This document shows positions 18,000 through 28,907 of a stretch of DNA of 41,103 nt, piece by piece. Source of the DNA: a virus (taxonomy: Duplodnaviria > Caudoviricetes); IMG/VR virus record IMGVR_UViG_3300034349_000004, positions 1-41,103 of that record; one strand, written 5' to 3'. Made by a program: the position numbers and the translations under genes. The notes beneath the pieces are model-generated. The model searched no databases. It was not told where the DNA came from and saw nothing but the letters and a program-made list of their open reading frames with translations. Each line of letters begins with the position of its first letter. Within the stretch, counting starts at the first letter, position 1.

Positions 18000-20732
18000 A
18001 TGCCCATAGCCCAGACAAGTATCATCCCTAAGCGTCACGACTTCTCGGACATCTCTGAGGCAGCCCGTCCATTGGCAATCTTAACCAAGCACTTTGGTGA
18101 AGACTTAGCTGTTGCTCAGTTGGTCTTAGAACATGAGGCTTACACTCAGGGTGAGGAGCGATTCCTTAAGAACCTTGAAAGAGCCTCTCAACGTGGTGAG
18201 GTTGCCGACAACGTAACCGCTAAGCCTCTCCTACAAGTCCTCACGCCTAAGATGGCTGCAAGGTTCACTGAATGGTATGAAGGCCAGCGCGACCAAGGGA
18301 GAGGCCGTAAGCATGTGGCTTATGGTCTTATGGCTAACCTGGAGTCTGAAGTTGCCGCACTGATCACCATTAAGGTGACGGTTAACGAACTCATCCAGAT
18401 CAATAAGGGCAAAGGTCCAGCCGGTAATGCAACTCAAGGCAGCATAACGCTTCAATCCTTAGCGACCCGTATTGGTGTGGCTATTGAGGAAGAGCTACGT
18501 TATGGCCGGATCCGTCGAGAGGAACAAGCGCACTTCAAGGCCGTCATTGACAACAACCTGAAGAAGCGTAATGGCCCCAAGTACAAAGTTGAATACATGA
18601 AGGCCGTTGAGGAGTCCATGATTCAAGAAGGCCAACTTAAGACAACTTGGGAAGGCTGGGGTAAGAACGTTGATGGGACCGATATGGCCTGTCATGTGGG
18701 CATTAAGCTCCTGGAGTTGCTCATTGAGTCCACAGGTTTGGTGGAAGTGATCCGCCAGAATGCAGGCAACATGAAGACCGACCATGAGTCTGTACAGTTG
18801 CGCCAAGAGTGGACGGACAAACTGATTGACCGTGCTTATGCTCTCTCAGGGATCAGCCCTGTGTTCCAACCCTGTGTAGTGCCACCTAAGAAGTGGACTG
18901 GGTTTAAAGGTGGTGGCTATTGGGCCTCAGGTCGTAAGCCTATCAACTTGATTCGGACATACCAGAAGCGCCAACTTGAGCGTTATCGTGATGTCCACAT
19001 GCCTGAAGTCATTAAGGCCGTTAACTTGGCCCAAGAGTCGGCATGGTGTGTGAACCATAAGGTACTTGAAGTTATCAACTCAGTAATGAGCTGGGACCAT
19101 GTGCCTGTTGAGTCGTTCCCTACGACAACTAAAGAAGAACTCCCACTAAGACCAGACGGTATAGACGATGATGAAGTTATCCTTAAAGGATGGAAGAAAG
19201 AAGCCAGCAAGATTTATCGTCGTGAAAGGGCGAGAGAGTCTCGTAGGTTGTCCCTTGAGTTCACAGTCTCTCAGGCTAATAAGTTCGCCAAGTTTGACGC
19301 TATCTACTTTCCCTACAATATGGACTGGAGGGGCCGAGTATACGCAATCCCTACGTTCAACCCTCAAGGGTCGGATCTAACTAAAGGGTTGCTTAAAGCG
19401 GCTCACGGTAAACCGATTGGTGAGGAAGGCATGAAGTGGCTTGCTATTCATGGAGCTAACTGCGCTGGTGTCGATAAAGTAACTTTCCCTGAAAGACTCC
19501 AATGGATCAAAGATAATGAATCACTCATATATCAAAGCGCTATGTCCCCACTTGATTGTACATGGTGGGCGGAACAAGACTCCCCGTGGTGCTTCCTTGC
19601 CTTCTGCTTTGAGTGGCTCGGGGTTCGGGATGAAGGAATCAATTGGGTCTCAAGTCTCCCGGTTGCTTTCGACGGCTCGTGCTCTGGAATCCAACACTTC
19701 TCGGCAATGCTCCGAGATGAGCGAGGAGGAAAAGCGGTTAACCTTGTCCCATCTGAGAGCGTGCAAGACATATATCGACTTGTTGCAGACGCAGTTAATG
19801 CACGACTACAGCAAGACATTCTTAACGGAAGCTCCAACTCTACCAAGGTATTGACCGATAAGAAGACTGGTGAGATCACTGAGCTTCTTGAGTTGGGCAC
19901 CCTGGAACTCTCCCGGCAATGGCTGGAATATGGAGTTACCCGAAGTGTCACTAAGCGCTCCGTTATGACTCTCCCTTATGGGTCCAAAGAGTATGGCTTT
20001 GCTGATCAGGTCTTAGAGGACACTATCCGTCCAGCTATAGACTCCGGTAAGGGCACCATGTTTACGATCCCTGCTCAGGCAGCCCGTTACATTGCCAAGC
20101 TCATTTGGGAGTCTGTGAGTGTCACTGTTGTGGCTGCTGTAGAGGCTATGGAGTGGCTCCAATCAGCCGCTAAGTTGATGGCCGCTGTAGTCTTCGATAA
20201 GAAACTAAAGAACCCTGATGGCTCTAAGGTGATCCTTAAGGACTGCCTCCCAATCTCTTGGGTGACGCCTGATGGTTTCCCTGTGTGGCAAGAGTACAAC
20301 AAGCCTATGACTCGTCGTCTGGACTTGATGTTCTTAGGGTCCATCCGATTGCAGCCTACAGTTATCTCAGGCTGGTCTAATGAGATTGATGCAGCTAAAC
20401 AAGAGTCTGGAGTTGCTCCTAACTTTGTGCATAGCCAAGATGGTTCGCACTTAAGGAAGACTGTAGTTAAAGCCAATGAGGCTTATGGTCAAACCTTCTT
20501 TGCTCTTATCCATGACTCCTTTGGTGGGATCCCTGCGGAAGCTGGTGGGATGTTTCGAGCTGTAAGGGAAACTATGGTGGAGACCTATGAGGACAATGAT
20601 GTTCTCCTGGACTTCTCTGAGCAATTCTCTGATCAACTCCATGAGTCCCAAGTAACCAAGATGCCAGCACTACCAGCACACGGAACGTTAGACATCCGGT
20701 GCATCCTTGAGTCGGACTTTGCGTTCGCTTAA
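18000..20732 (+). CDS. gp1: Single-subunit T7-type RNA polymerase (gp1)
   Basis: Motifs FDGSCSGIQH, RSVTKRSVMTLPYG, LIHDSFG and C-terminal FAFA; ATG 18000 preferred over TTG 17955. Confidence 0.98.
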   Translation: MPIAQTSIIPKRHDFSDISEAARPLAILTKHFGEDLAVAQLVLEHEAYTQGEERFLKNLERASQRGEVADNVTAKPLLQVLTPKMAARFTEWYEGQRDQGRGRKHVAYGLMANLESEVAALITIKVTVNELIQINKGKGPAGNATQGSITLQSLATRIGVAIEEELRYGRIRREEQAHFKAVIDNNLKKRNGPKYKVEYMKAVEESMIQEGQLKTTWEGWGKNVDGTDMACHVGIKLLELLIESTGLVEVIRQNAGNMKTDHESVQLRQEWTDKLIDRAYALSGISPVFQPCVVPPKKWTGFKGGGYWASGRKPINLIRTYQKRQLERYRDVHMPEVIKAVNLAQESAWCVNHKVLEVINSVMSWDHVPVESFPTTTKEELPLRPDGIDDDEVILKGWKKEASKIYRRERARESRRLSLEFTVSQANKFAKFDAIYFPYNMDWRGRVYAIPTFNPQGSDLTKGLLKAAHGKPIGEEGMKWLAIHGANCAGVDKVTFPERLQWIKDNESLIYQSAMSPLDCTWWAEQDSPWCFLAFCFEWLGVRDEGINWVSSLPVAFDGSCSGIQHFSAMLRDERGGKAVNLVPSESVQDIYRLVADAVNARLQQDILNGSSNSTKVLTDKKTGEITELLELGTLELSRQWLEYGVTRSVTKRSVMTLPYGSKEYGFADQVLEDTIRPAIDSGKGTMFTIPAQAARYIAKLIWESVSVTVVAAVEAMEWLQSAAKLMAAVVFDKKLKNPDGSKVILKDCLPISWVTPDGFPVWQEYNKPMTRRLDLMFLGSIRLQPTVISGWSNEIDAAKQESGVAPNFVHSQDGSHLRKTVVKANEAYGQTFFALIHDSFGGIPAEAGGMFRAVRETMVETYEDNDVLLDFSEQFSDQLHESQVTKMPALPAHGTLDIRCILESDFAFA

Positions 20733-20735
20733 GGC

Positions 20736-20758
20736 TATTAACCCTCACAGATAGAACA
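20736..20758 (+). promoter_or_regulatory. Phage RNAP promoter (phi1.1-like)
   Basis: TATTAACCCTCACAGAT/AGAACA. Confidence 0.9.
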
Positions 20759-20790
20759 CACCTCATAATTCCATTTAGGAGCAACACCAG

Positions 20791-21012
20791 ATGTTTACCT
20801 CTAAGACCGTTGAGCGCACCAAGAAGACCAAAGCAAGCATCCTTGATGATCACTTCCTGGAGAACCTGCGCAAACGTAAAGGCAAGCTGAATAAGACCGT
20901 TCGTGTTCCCCGGCCACTTTGGGTGAGCCCGGACCATAAGACCAACGTTGGGCGCTCTAAGCCGCTCCGTGGTGAATCCTTGAGTTTCCTATCTGATGAT
21001 GAGAACTACTAA
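20791..21012 (+). CDS. Small basic protein, gp1.1-like
   Basis: RKRKGKLNKTVR resembles gp1.1 family; follows the RNAP gene. Confidence 0.7.
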   Translation: MFTSKTVERTKKTKASILDDHFLENLRKRKGKLNKTVRVPRPLWVSPDHKTNVGRSKPLRGESLSFLSDDENY

Positions 21013-21013
21013 C

Positions 21014-22096
21014 ATGACAACTCCAGTGATCTTTAAGACCAACCCTTGTGGCCCTGTTGACTTCAAAGAGTCCAGCGTTACGAAAGCCCTTGATGCCAGC
21101 TACCTGATTGCAGACACCAAGAAGGATGGCGCTCAATTGAACCTGTGTGTCCTCCCTCCTGAGGATGCCCCGGCCTACTCTGTTCATATCAATTGGTTGG
21201 GACGTAGTGGTAAGACCTTTCCGGCTCTACAGGGTCTCCTTGAGGGCAATGGCTATGCCGAAGTAGACCTGGATGGTCAGTTGGTCAACCTTGTAGCTGA
21301 CCAGCGTTGGGAGTTGTTCCTGGCCGACTGTGTGTATCCTTCAGGCCTCATGATCCAGGCCGAAGTGATGGTCAAGGAGTCCACAGCAGCACAGACCAGC
21401 GGCACCCTACGTCGCAAGACCAAGGTTGACCCTAAGCGCCTTGAAGTCCACGTCTTTGGGGTTGTCCCCATGTCCCACATATTGGGACACTCTGAGGACA
21501 CTCCATTCAACGTCACCCATGCCCTGATGAAGTACCACAATGAGCACACCGTGGCTCAGCTCAAGAAGTTCTTCCCTGAGATTGATTGGCACGTCATTGA
21601 GACGGTTGATGTTTTCTCTATGCGGGACCTTAAGCACGTCTATGAGACTCGGCGGGAAGCCGGTGAGGAAGGTCTGGTAGTTAAGGATCCACTGGCTGTG
21701 TGGACTCGTGGTAAGAAGGTGGGCCAATGGAAAATGAAGCCTGATGAGCGCATTGATGGCCACGTCTCAGGGCTCGTATGGGGCACTGAAGGCCTCTCCA
21801 ATGAAGGCAAGGTCATTGGGTTCCGTGTGATGCTGGAGACAGGCGTAGAGGTGGACGTTACGGGGCTTACTGAGGCCTTGAAGTCGGACTTTACGTCTAA
21901 GGTCATTGAGGAGAACTGGAAGGAGCCGCTTCATTACGAGAAGGTGGCCGCTAAGGATCAGGAGGACATCCTTAACCCTTACGATGGCTGGGCGGTTCAA
22001 GTGGGCTACATGGAGATGACTGAGGACGGTTCGTTACGTCACCCATTCTTTGATTGCTGGAGAGGGACCGAAACGGATCCTAAGGACAAGGTATGA
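21014..22096 (+). CDS. gp1.3: ATP-dependent DNA ligase (gp1.3)
   Basis: KKDG adenylation motif, EEGLVVKDP, GQWKMKP, GSLRHPFF; start may instead be 20996. Confidence 0.95.
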   Translation: MTTPVIFKTNPCGPVDFKESSVTKALDASYLIADTKKDGAQLNLCVLPPEDAPAYSVHINWLGRSGKTFPALQGLLEGNGYAEVDLDGQLVNLVADQRWELFLADCVYPSGLMIQAEVMVKESTAAQTSGTLRRKTKVDPKRLEVHVFGVVPMSHILGHSEDTPFNVTHALMKYHNEHTVAQLKKFFPEIDWHVIETVDVFSMRDLKHVYETRREAGEEGLVVKDPLAVWTRGKKVGQWKMKPDERIDGHVSGLVWGTEGLSNEGKVIGFRVMLETGVEVDVTGLTEALKSDFTSKVIEENWKEPLHYEKVAAKDQEDILNPYDGWAVQVGYMEMTEDGSLRHPFFDCWRGTETDPKDKV

Positions 22097-22302
22097 GCAA
22101 GTTCAAGGTTCAATACTTGGGTCTTAAGAGACCTGGGTGGTTCCGTAAGAAGGTCCCAACGTGGGCCATTATGGAGAAGTATGAAACATGGAGTTGGGCA
22201 ACTGGTGAGCCTGACTGTCATGATTCTCTACGGATTGTCTCTGAGCATCTTAGTGTTGACTCAGCGGCACAAGAGCTACAGCGCTACCAGTTGAACCCTT
22301 AA
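22093..22302 (+). CDS. Hypothetical protein
   Basis: ATGA overlap with ligase, AAGGA RBS. Confidence 0.65.
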   Translation: MSKFKVQYLGLKRPGWFRKKVPTWAIMEKYETWSWATGEPDCHDSLRIVSEHLSVDSAAQELQRYQLNP

Positions 22303-22312
22303 GCAATAACAG

Positions 22313-22349
22313 AAAGCCCTACTTCAAGATACTTTGAGGTGGGGCTTTT
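22313..22349 (+). terminator. Early terminator TE for host RNAP
   Basis: AAAGCCCTACTTCAA...TTGAGGTGGGGCTTTT stem plus T-run, after the ligase region as in T7. Confidence 0.75.
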
Positions 22350-22364
22350 GCGTTCCTGGAGCTT

Positions 22365-22387
22365 TATTAACCCTCACAGATAGAACA
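22365..22387 (+). promoter_or_regulatory. Phage RNAP promoter (phi1.5/1.6-like)
   Basis: TATTAACCCTCACAGAT/AGAACA. Confidence 0.9.
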
Positions 22388-22414
22388 CACATCCAATCCA
22401 AATAGGAGAACTCC

Positions 22415-22669
22415 ATGACTCTGAAAGTCCACGTTAACCAATCCAATAGCCTCATCTCTTTGCGTAAACCTTGCCGTGCCATCGCAGTGGTCTTCAAAGC
22501 TCCCGTTAACAAGGTCGTTAAGACTCCTGAGGCAACTTACTTGCTGACTAAGGGTGTCTGTGAGGATGCTAAACGTTTGGCCTATCGTCCGACCTTGAAG
22601 CCCTATGAGGGCAACTGGCCGGTCATTGCGTTGATCATTAAGCGCATTAAGGAAGTCATTAATGACTAA
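22415..22669 (+). CDS. Hypothetical protein (gp1.6 position)
   Basis: AGGAG RBS; basic; size and position of gp1.6. Confidence 0.75.
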   Translation: MTLKVHVNQSNSLISLRKPCRAIAVVFKAPVNKVVKTPEATYLLTKGVCEDAKRLAYRPTLKPYEGNWPVIALIIKRIKEVIND

Positions 22670-23357
22670 GATCCTGGCCCTCAATAGTATCCGTGGGAAG
22701 TCCGGTAAGGACACCTTGATTGGCCTGTTGGAATCTGAAGGCCGTAGTGTGTTCCGTGTGGCCTTTGCGGACATCCTTAAGAAAGAGTGTGCTGAGGTCC
22801 TTTCGGGTCCTGAAGAGAAGACTTTGGGTGCAACCTATGAGGGAGCAATGCACAAGTCCATTAAGGATAAAGCTCAGCACCAACTGTGCCTCAACTCGCT
22901 TCCTTCAAGTCCATATAAGAAATTCCTGATGGACAACCATTTTGGGACCTCTGAGCTTATGAAGCCCCGTAGTCTCCGATGGCATCTCCAACAGTATGGC
23001 ACTGAGTACAAACGGGTTCACTTGAAGGACCCTGATGTTTGGCTTAACGCTGGACTTAGGGAAATCTACAAGGGCCTGGAACAGAAGCCTAACTTTGTAG
23101 TTGTGACCGACTTGCGGCTGCCTAATGAATACCAAGCAATGGAGTTCATTAAGAGACCTGGGGATAACGCTGGGTTCTTCCAGTATGCCTATGTCCGTAT
23201 AGTCCGCGATTGGTTCATCCCTGGAGTTGATGACCAGCCTTATCACATCTCTGATATTGCCCTTATGGCCCACTCCTTTGATGGACTGGTAGTCAACCGC
23301 CTGGGCGAACCTTGGGCAATGTTGGATCAACTTAAAGACCAAGGAGTAATTGACTGA
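22662..23357 (+). CDS. Deoxynucleoside monophosphate kinase
   Basis: P-loop RGKSGKDT, AFADILK, RWHLQQYGTE, VVTDLRLPNE motifs of T4 gp1-type dNMP kinases. Confidence 0.85.
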   Translation: MTKILALNSIRGKSGKDTLIGLLESEGRSVFRVAFADILKKECAEVLSGPEEKTLGATYEGAMHKSIKDKAQHQLCLNSLPSSPYKKFLMDNHFGTSELMKPRSLRWHLQQYGTEYKRVHLKDPDVWLNAGLREIYKGLEQKPNFVVVTDLRLPNEYQAMEFIKRPGDNAGFFQYAYVRIVRDWFIPGVDDQPYHISDIALMAHSFDGLVVNRLGEPWAMLDQLKDQGVID

Positions 23358-23521
23358 TGGAAGCTCGTAAGAAATACATTGCATTGATCCAACTGCCTAA
23401 ACGTAAGGAGCCTATTGAGGTCCCTGTGTTTGCGGCAAGCCTGGAGGATGCCCTGGAACAAGTAGACAAGGCTTACGGTGAGGACAATGTTCATCGTCTG
23501 CGCCCTGAGGTGATCCAATAA
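23357..23521 (+). CDS. gp2: Host RNA polymerase inhibitor gp2, 54 aa
   Basis: Hand-translated MEARKKYIALIQLPKRKEPIEVPVFAASLEDALEQVDKAYGEDNVHRLRPEVIQ; EVPVFA.SLEDALE and RxRP hallmarks; AAGGAG RBS. Confidence 0.85.
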   Translation: MEARKKYIALIQLPKRKEPIEVPVFAASLEDALEQVDKAYGEDNVHRLRPEVIQ

Positions 23522-23601
23522 TGTGGTCCTTAGGGCTCGGCGCTTTCGCCATCCTCTTGGCCATCCTAATAATCAACTCGGAGCCTAAGCAATGGGAGTG
23601 A
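23521..23601 (+). CDS. Micro membrane peptide, 26 aa (MWSLGLGAFAILLAILIINSEPKQWE)
   Basis: TAATG coupling, GAGGTGA RBS, hydrophobic core. Confidence 0.55.
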   Translation: MWSLGLGAFAILLAILIINSEPKQWE

Positions 23602-23675
23602 TGATTGAGGGGACTCTGAGTTTAATTACCTTGGTCCTCATTATCCTCATTGCGACTGGCATGGTGAAACTATGA
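23601..23675 (+). CDS. Micro membrane peptide, 24 aa (MIEGTLSLITLVLIILIATGMVKL)
   Basis: TGATG coupling, GGGAG RBS, stop overlaps next ATG. Confidence 0.5.
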   Translation: MIEGTLSLITLVLIILIATGMVKL

Positions 23676-24043
23676 GATACGCCCAAGGTAAGCCCCGTAA
23701 GATGCCTGATGGTTTCTTGCACTTGAACAACTTCAGCCATATACGCGCAAGTGGTCTTGCAGGGTTCCTCTATGAGCGCCTGATGACCACAGAACAGCAA
23801 CGGATTGTTCTTAACGCTCTCGTTGAGCGAGCTTCAGACTCCCAAGGAGCCTATAAGTTTGAACATGATGTGTGGCGGTTCAGTAAGTCTTTCCTTATGG
23901 AGAACTTTAAGAAAGTCGTGTATGGGACTTATTGGCTGGTCCGCAAGTCGGCTGCCCAAGAGGTCTCAGTGGCTATTACCCGAGAGATGAATGCCTGTGG
24001 GTTCATTAAGGTTGATAAGGTTCCTTTTGGTTCGGACATTTAA
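23672..24043 (+). CDS. Hypothetical protein, 123 aa
   Basis: ATGA coupling; stop embedded in the next promoter. Confidence 0.75.
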   Translation: MRYAQGKPRKMPDGFLHLNNFSHIRASGLAGFLYERLMTTEQQRIVLNALVERASDSQGAYKFEHDVWRFSKSFLMENFKKVVYGTYWLVRKSAAQEVSVAITREMNACGFIKVDKVPFGSDI

Positions 24044-24060
24044 CCCTCACAGATAGAACA
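24038..24060 (+). promoter_or_regulatory. Phage RNAP promoter (phi2.5-like)
   Basis: ATTTAACCCTCACAGAT/AGAACA. Confidence 0.9.
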
Positions 24061-24094
24061 CTCTCACAACCCTTTGATTAAGGAGAAACACAAG

Positions 24095-24784
24095 ATGGCT
24101 AAGGCTCCAAGTAAGCAATACCTGATGACCCCAGTTGGCACCGTTGAACCCTACTGCTACATCCAAAAGCCGGACTTCGGTAACGAACAGTTCAAGCAAC
24201 CTCGGGGCGTCTATAAGCTCTCCCTGACCTTGACCAGTGCCCTGGCTCAGCCTCTTATTGACAAGATCGTCAAGTGCCATGAGGAGTCCTATAAGGCAGC
24301 CCTGGCGGACCACAAGAAGAACCCACCAGCCGTCCAACGTGGTAAGAAGCCACTGGAACCCTATGAGGGTGACTTGCCGTTCTTCGATAATGGCGACGGT
24401 ACTGTTACCTTCAAGTTCGCTATGTACGCGACCTATACCAAGGACGATGAGATCCAGGAGTTGGCACTTAAGGTGGTTGACTCTAAGGGCCAGCGTATTA
24501 ACCAAGTTCCGGCCATCTCGGGTGGCTCTGAGGTCAAGGTGCGCTTCTCCTTGTTCCCTTACAAGTGGAACCCAACTGTTGGTGCCTCTGTGAAACTTCA
24601 GCTCGACTCCATCATGCTCGTTAAGCTGGTAGAGTACCAAGCTGGTGGCGATGATTGGGCTGGTCAGGAAGAGGAAGGATTTGTTGCTGAGGGCAATGAG
24701 TCTGCTGATTGGCGTCAAGAGGATCAGGAAGAACCTCGTGGTCATGCTGCTGAGACCATTCCTGATGCAGACGACGACTTCTAA
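24095..24784 (+). CDS. gp2.5: ssDNA-binding protein gp2.5
   Basis: EPYCYIQKPDFG, GASVKLQL, acidic tail ending in F; TAAGGAG RBS. Confidence 0.95.
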   Translation: MAKAPSKQYLMTPVGTVEPYCYIQKPDFGNEQFKQPRGVYKLSLTLTSALAQPLIDKIVKCHEESYKAALADHKKNPPAVQRGKKPLEPYEGDLPFFDNGDGTVTFKFAMYATYTKDDEIQELALKVVDSKGQRINQVPAISGGSEVKVRFSLFPYKWNPTVGASVKLQLDSIMLVKLVEYQAGGDDWAGQEEEGFVAEGNESADWRQEDQEEPRGHAAETIPDADDDF

Positions 24785-24786
24785 GT

Positions 24787-25236
24787 ATGGTGGCCCGATA
24801 CACAGGCCCTCGTAAGTCAGCAGCAAGTGCCTTCAGAAGTGGCCTGGAAGAAAAGGTCTGTAAGCAACTCAATGATGCTCATATTGCCCATGCGTATGAG
24901 CGTTATCGAATCTCCTATTTAGTCCCTGAGAAGGAGCATAAGTATCTACCAGACTTTGTGCTCTTCAATGGGATAATTGTGGAGACTAAGGGTTTGTTTG
25001 ATACAGCAGACCGCGCCAAACACTTGCTACTGCGAGACCAGTACCCTGAGTTAGACATTCGGTTCGTCTTCAGTTCCTCTAAGTCCAAACTCTACAAGGG
25101 TAGTCCAACCAGTTACGGGATGTGGTGCGATAAGCACGGCATTAAGTACGCTGATAAATTGATCCCTTTAGCATGGCTCAAGGAGAAAGGCTCAAGGATC
25201 CCTGATGGTGTCCTTAAAGAAGTAGGGAGTAAGTGA
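24787..25236 (+). CDS. gp3: Endonuclease I (Holliday junction resolvase) gp3
   Basis: FRSGLEE, YLPDF, IVETKG, LDIRFVFSSS. Confidence 0.96.
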   Translation: MVARYTGPRKSAASAFRSGLEEKVCKQLNDAHIAHAYERYRISYLVPEKEHKYLPDFVLFNGIIVETKGLFDTADRAKHLLLRDQYPELDIRFVFSSSKSKLYKGSPTSYGMWCDKHGIKYADKLIPLAWLKEKGSRIPDGVLKEVGSK

Positions 25237-25682
25237 TGTCTAAAGTGCAATTCAATCAACGCAAGGAGACTAACTATATTGTTGTCCATTGTGCCGCCAC
25301 TCGTCCCTCTATGGACATTGGTGTTCGTGAGATTCGCCAGTGGCATAAAGCAAAAGGTTGGCTTGATGTTGGCTACCACTATGTCATTCGTCGTGACGGT
25401 TCTATTGAACAGGGTCGGGATGTTGGCGCTATTGGTGCCCACGTTGCAGGTCATAACTATGACAGCATTGGGATTTGCCTTGTTGGTGGAGTCACTGAGA
25501 AGGACGTAAAGGTTGCTGAAAACAACTTCACGCCAGAACAGTTTGTTGCCCTTGAGAACATCTTGTGGGTGACTAAACGTCTCTACACCAAGGCCACCAT
25601 TAAGGGACACCGTGACTTCGACTCAGGTAAGGCTTGTCCTTCCTTTGATGTCCACGAGTGGCTCCCTGAAGGCCTGAAGTAA
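25236..25682 (+). CDS. gp3.5: N-acetylmuramoyl-L-alanine amidase (T7 lysozyme) gp3.5
   Basis: VHCAAT, GWLDVGYH, GHRD, KACPSF. Confidence 0.96.
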   Translation: MSKVQFNQRKETNYIVVHCAATRPSMDIGVREIRQWHKAKGWLDVGYHYVIRRDGSIEQGRDVGAIGAHVAGHNYDSIGICLVGGVTEKDVKVAENNFTPEQFVALENILWVTKRLYTKATIKGHRDFDSGKACPSFDVHEWLPEGLK

Positions 25683-25698
25683 CACCAAGCTACATCAT

Positions 25699-25731
25699 GC
25701 GAACTTAGGGATTCTCCTTAGGTTCGCTTTT
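25699..25731 (+). terminator. Stem-loop plus T4 after gp3.5 (terminator-like, or R3.8-type site)
   Basis: GCGAACTTAGGGA-TTC-TCCTTAGGTTCGC-TTTT. Confidence 0.5.
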
Positions 25732-25756
25732 AACGGTCCTCTATAGGAGAAACCTC

Positions 25757-28076
<2,320 letters not shown>

Positions 28077-28116
28077 CACATTCTTTCCAGATATTCCACC
28101 CTCAAAGGAGAAACAA

Positions 28117-28326
28117 ATGATCAAGCTCTATAAGTTCACCCTGAATGCACTTCTGAAAGCCCTGACCAATGCCGCAACCAAGGAGGACAAGAAGTCCGAA
28201 GCATCCATTAAGGCCGCTAAGGCCGCTGAGTTGGTTGCTATTCGTCTCCGTGAGTCGGCACAGGCTCAACTGGCTCAGGCCGGTAAGTTCCGTGAAGAGG
28301 CCCGTAAGGTCTCCGCACTGATCTAA
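28117..28326 (+). CDS. Small Ala/Lys-rich protein, gp4.3-like
   Basis: AAGGAG RBS; size and position. Confidence 0.75.
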   Translation: MIKLYKFTLNALLKALTNAATKEDKKSEASIKAAKAAELVAIRLRESAQAQLAQAGKFREEARKVSALI

Positions 28327-28385
28327 CTCCAGGGATACAAGAACACCAATAAGAAAGCACTTTAGGTTAATTCCTGGAGTGCTTT
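28326..28385 (+). other. Intergenic RNA structure with two mutually exclusive stems
   Basis: AAAGCACTTTAGG/CCTGGAGTGCTTT hairpin versus ACTCCAGGGA/TTCCTGGAGT. Confidence 0.5.
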
Positions 28386-28427
28386 GTTGTGGGTAACTTT
28401 GCCCTTTACACTGTAGGAGGACTTGCT

Positions 28428-28907
28428 GTGTCCATTGAGATAAAGAAGAAAGCGCGCATTAAGCAACTGGAAGCTCAGGTTGCCAGCATTAAGGCAGACT
28501 CTCAGAAGTACCTGGATAAAGGTGTTGAACTGAGTGATCAGCTCGTTAAGGCAACTCAGGAACTTGAGACCACCAAGGGTCAACTCCATGAGGCCTTGAT
28601 GAAACTGGGTGCAATCGTCCATATCCTCAAGCCAGAACTTCAGGAGGTCACTAAGGGATGTTCAGTAAGTGTCAGCTTTGTGGAACTCCATAAGCTGATG
28701 CCTAAACATGCCATATTCCAGGTGTGGCCTAATGATGCTCGTGACATTATGGCTAAAGTCGAGGGTCTTGATGAGGTCCGTAAGTTCTCACGACTGGCAA
28801 CAGCTCTCCCACAAGGGACCAAGACTGCCCATGTTCGGTACTGTGGGACTTTGTACTCAGTGCCCCGAGAAGTTTGCAAAGTGGTGATACCTAATGCTGA
28901 TATCTGA
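28428..28907 (+). CDS. Hypothetical protein with N-terminal coiled coil
   Basis: AGGAGG RBS, GTG 28428; overlaps gp5 start. Confidence 0.75.
   Translation: MSIEIKKKARIKQLEAQVASIKADSQKYLDKGVELSDQLVKATQELETTKGQLHEALMKLGAIVHILKPELQEVTKGCSVSVSFVELHKLMPKHAIFQVWPNDARDIMAKVEGLDEVRKFSRLATALPQGTKTAHVRYCGTLYSVPREVCKVVIPNADI

Noticed and set aside
25728-25750. TTTTAACGGTCCTCTATAGGAGA as a phi3.8-like promoter
   Set aside because: The CCCTCAC core is absent; AGGAG is explained as the RBS of the NTase
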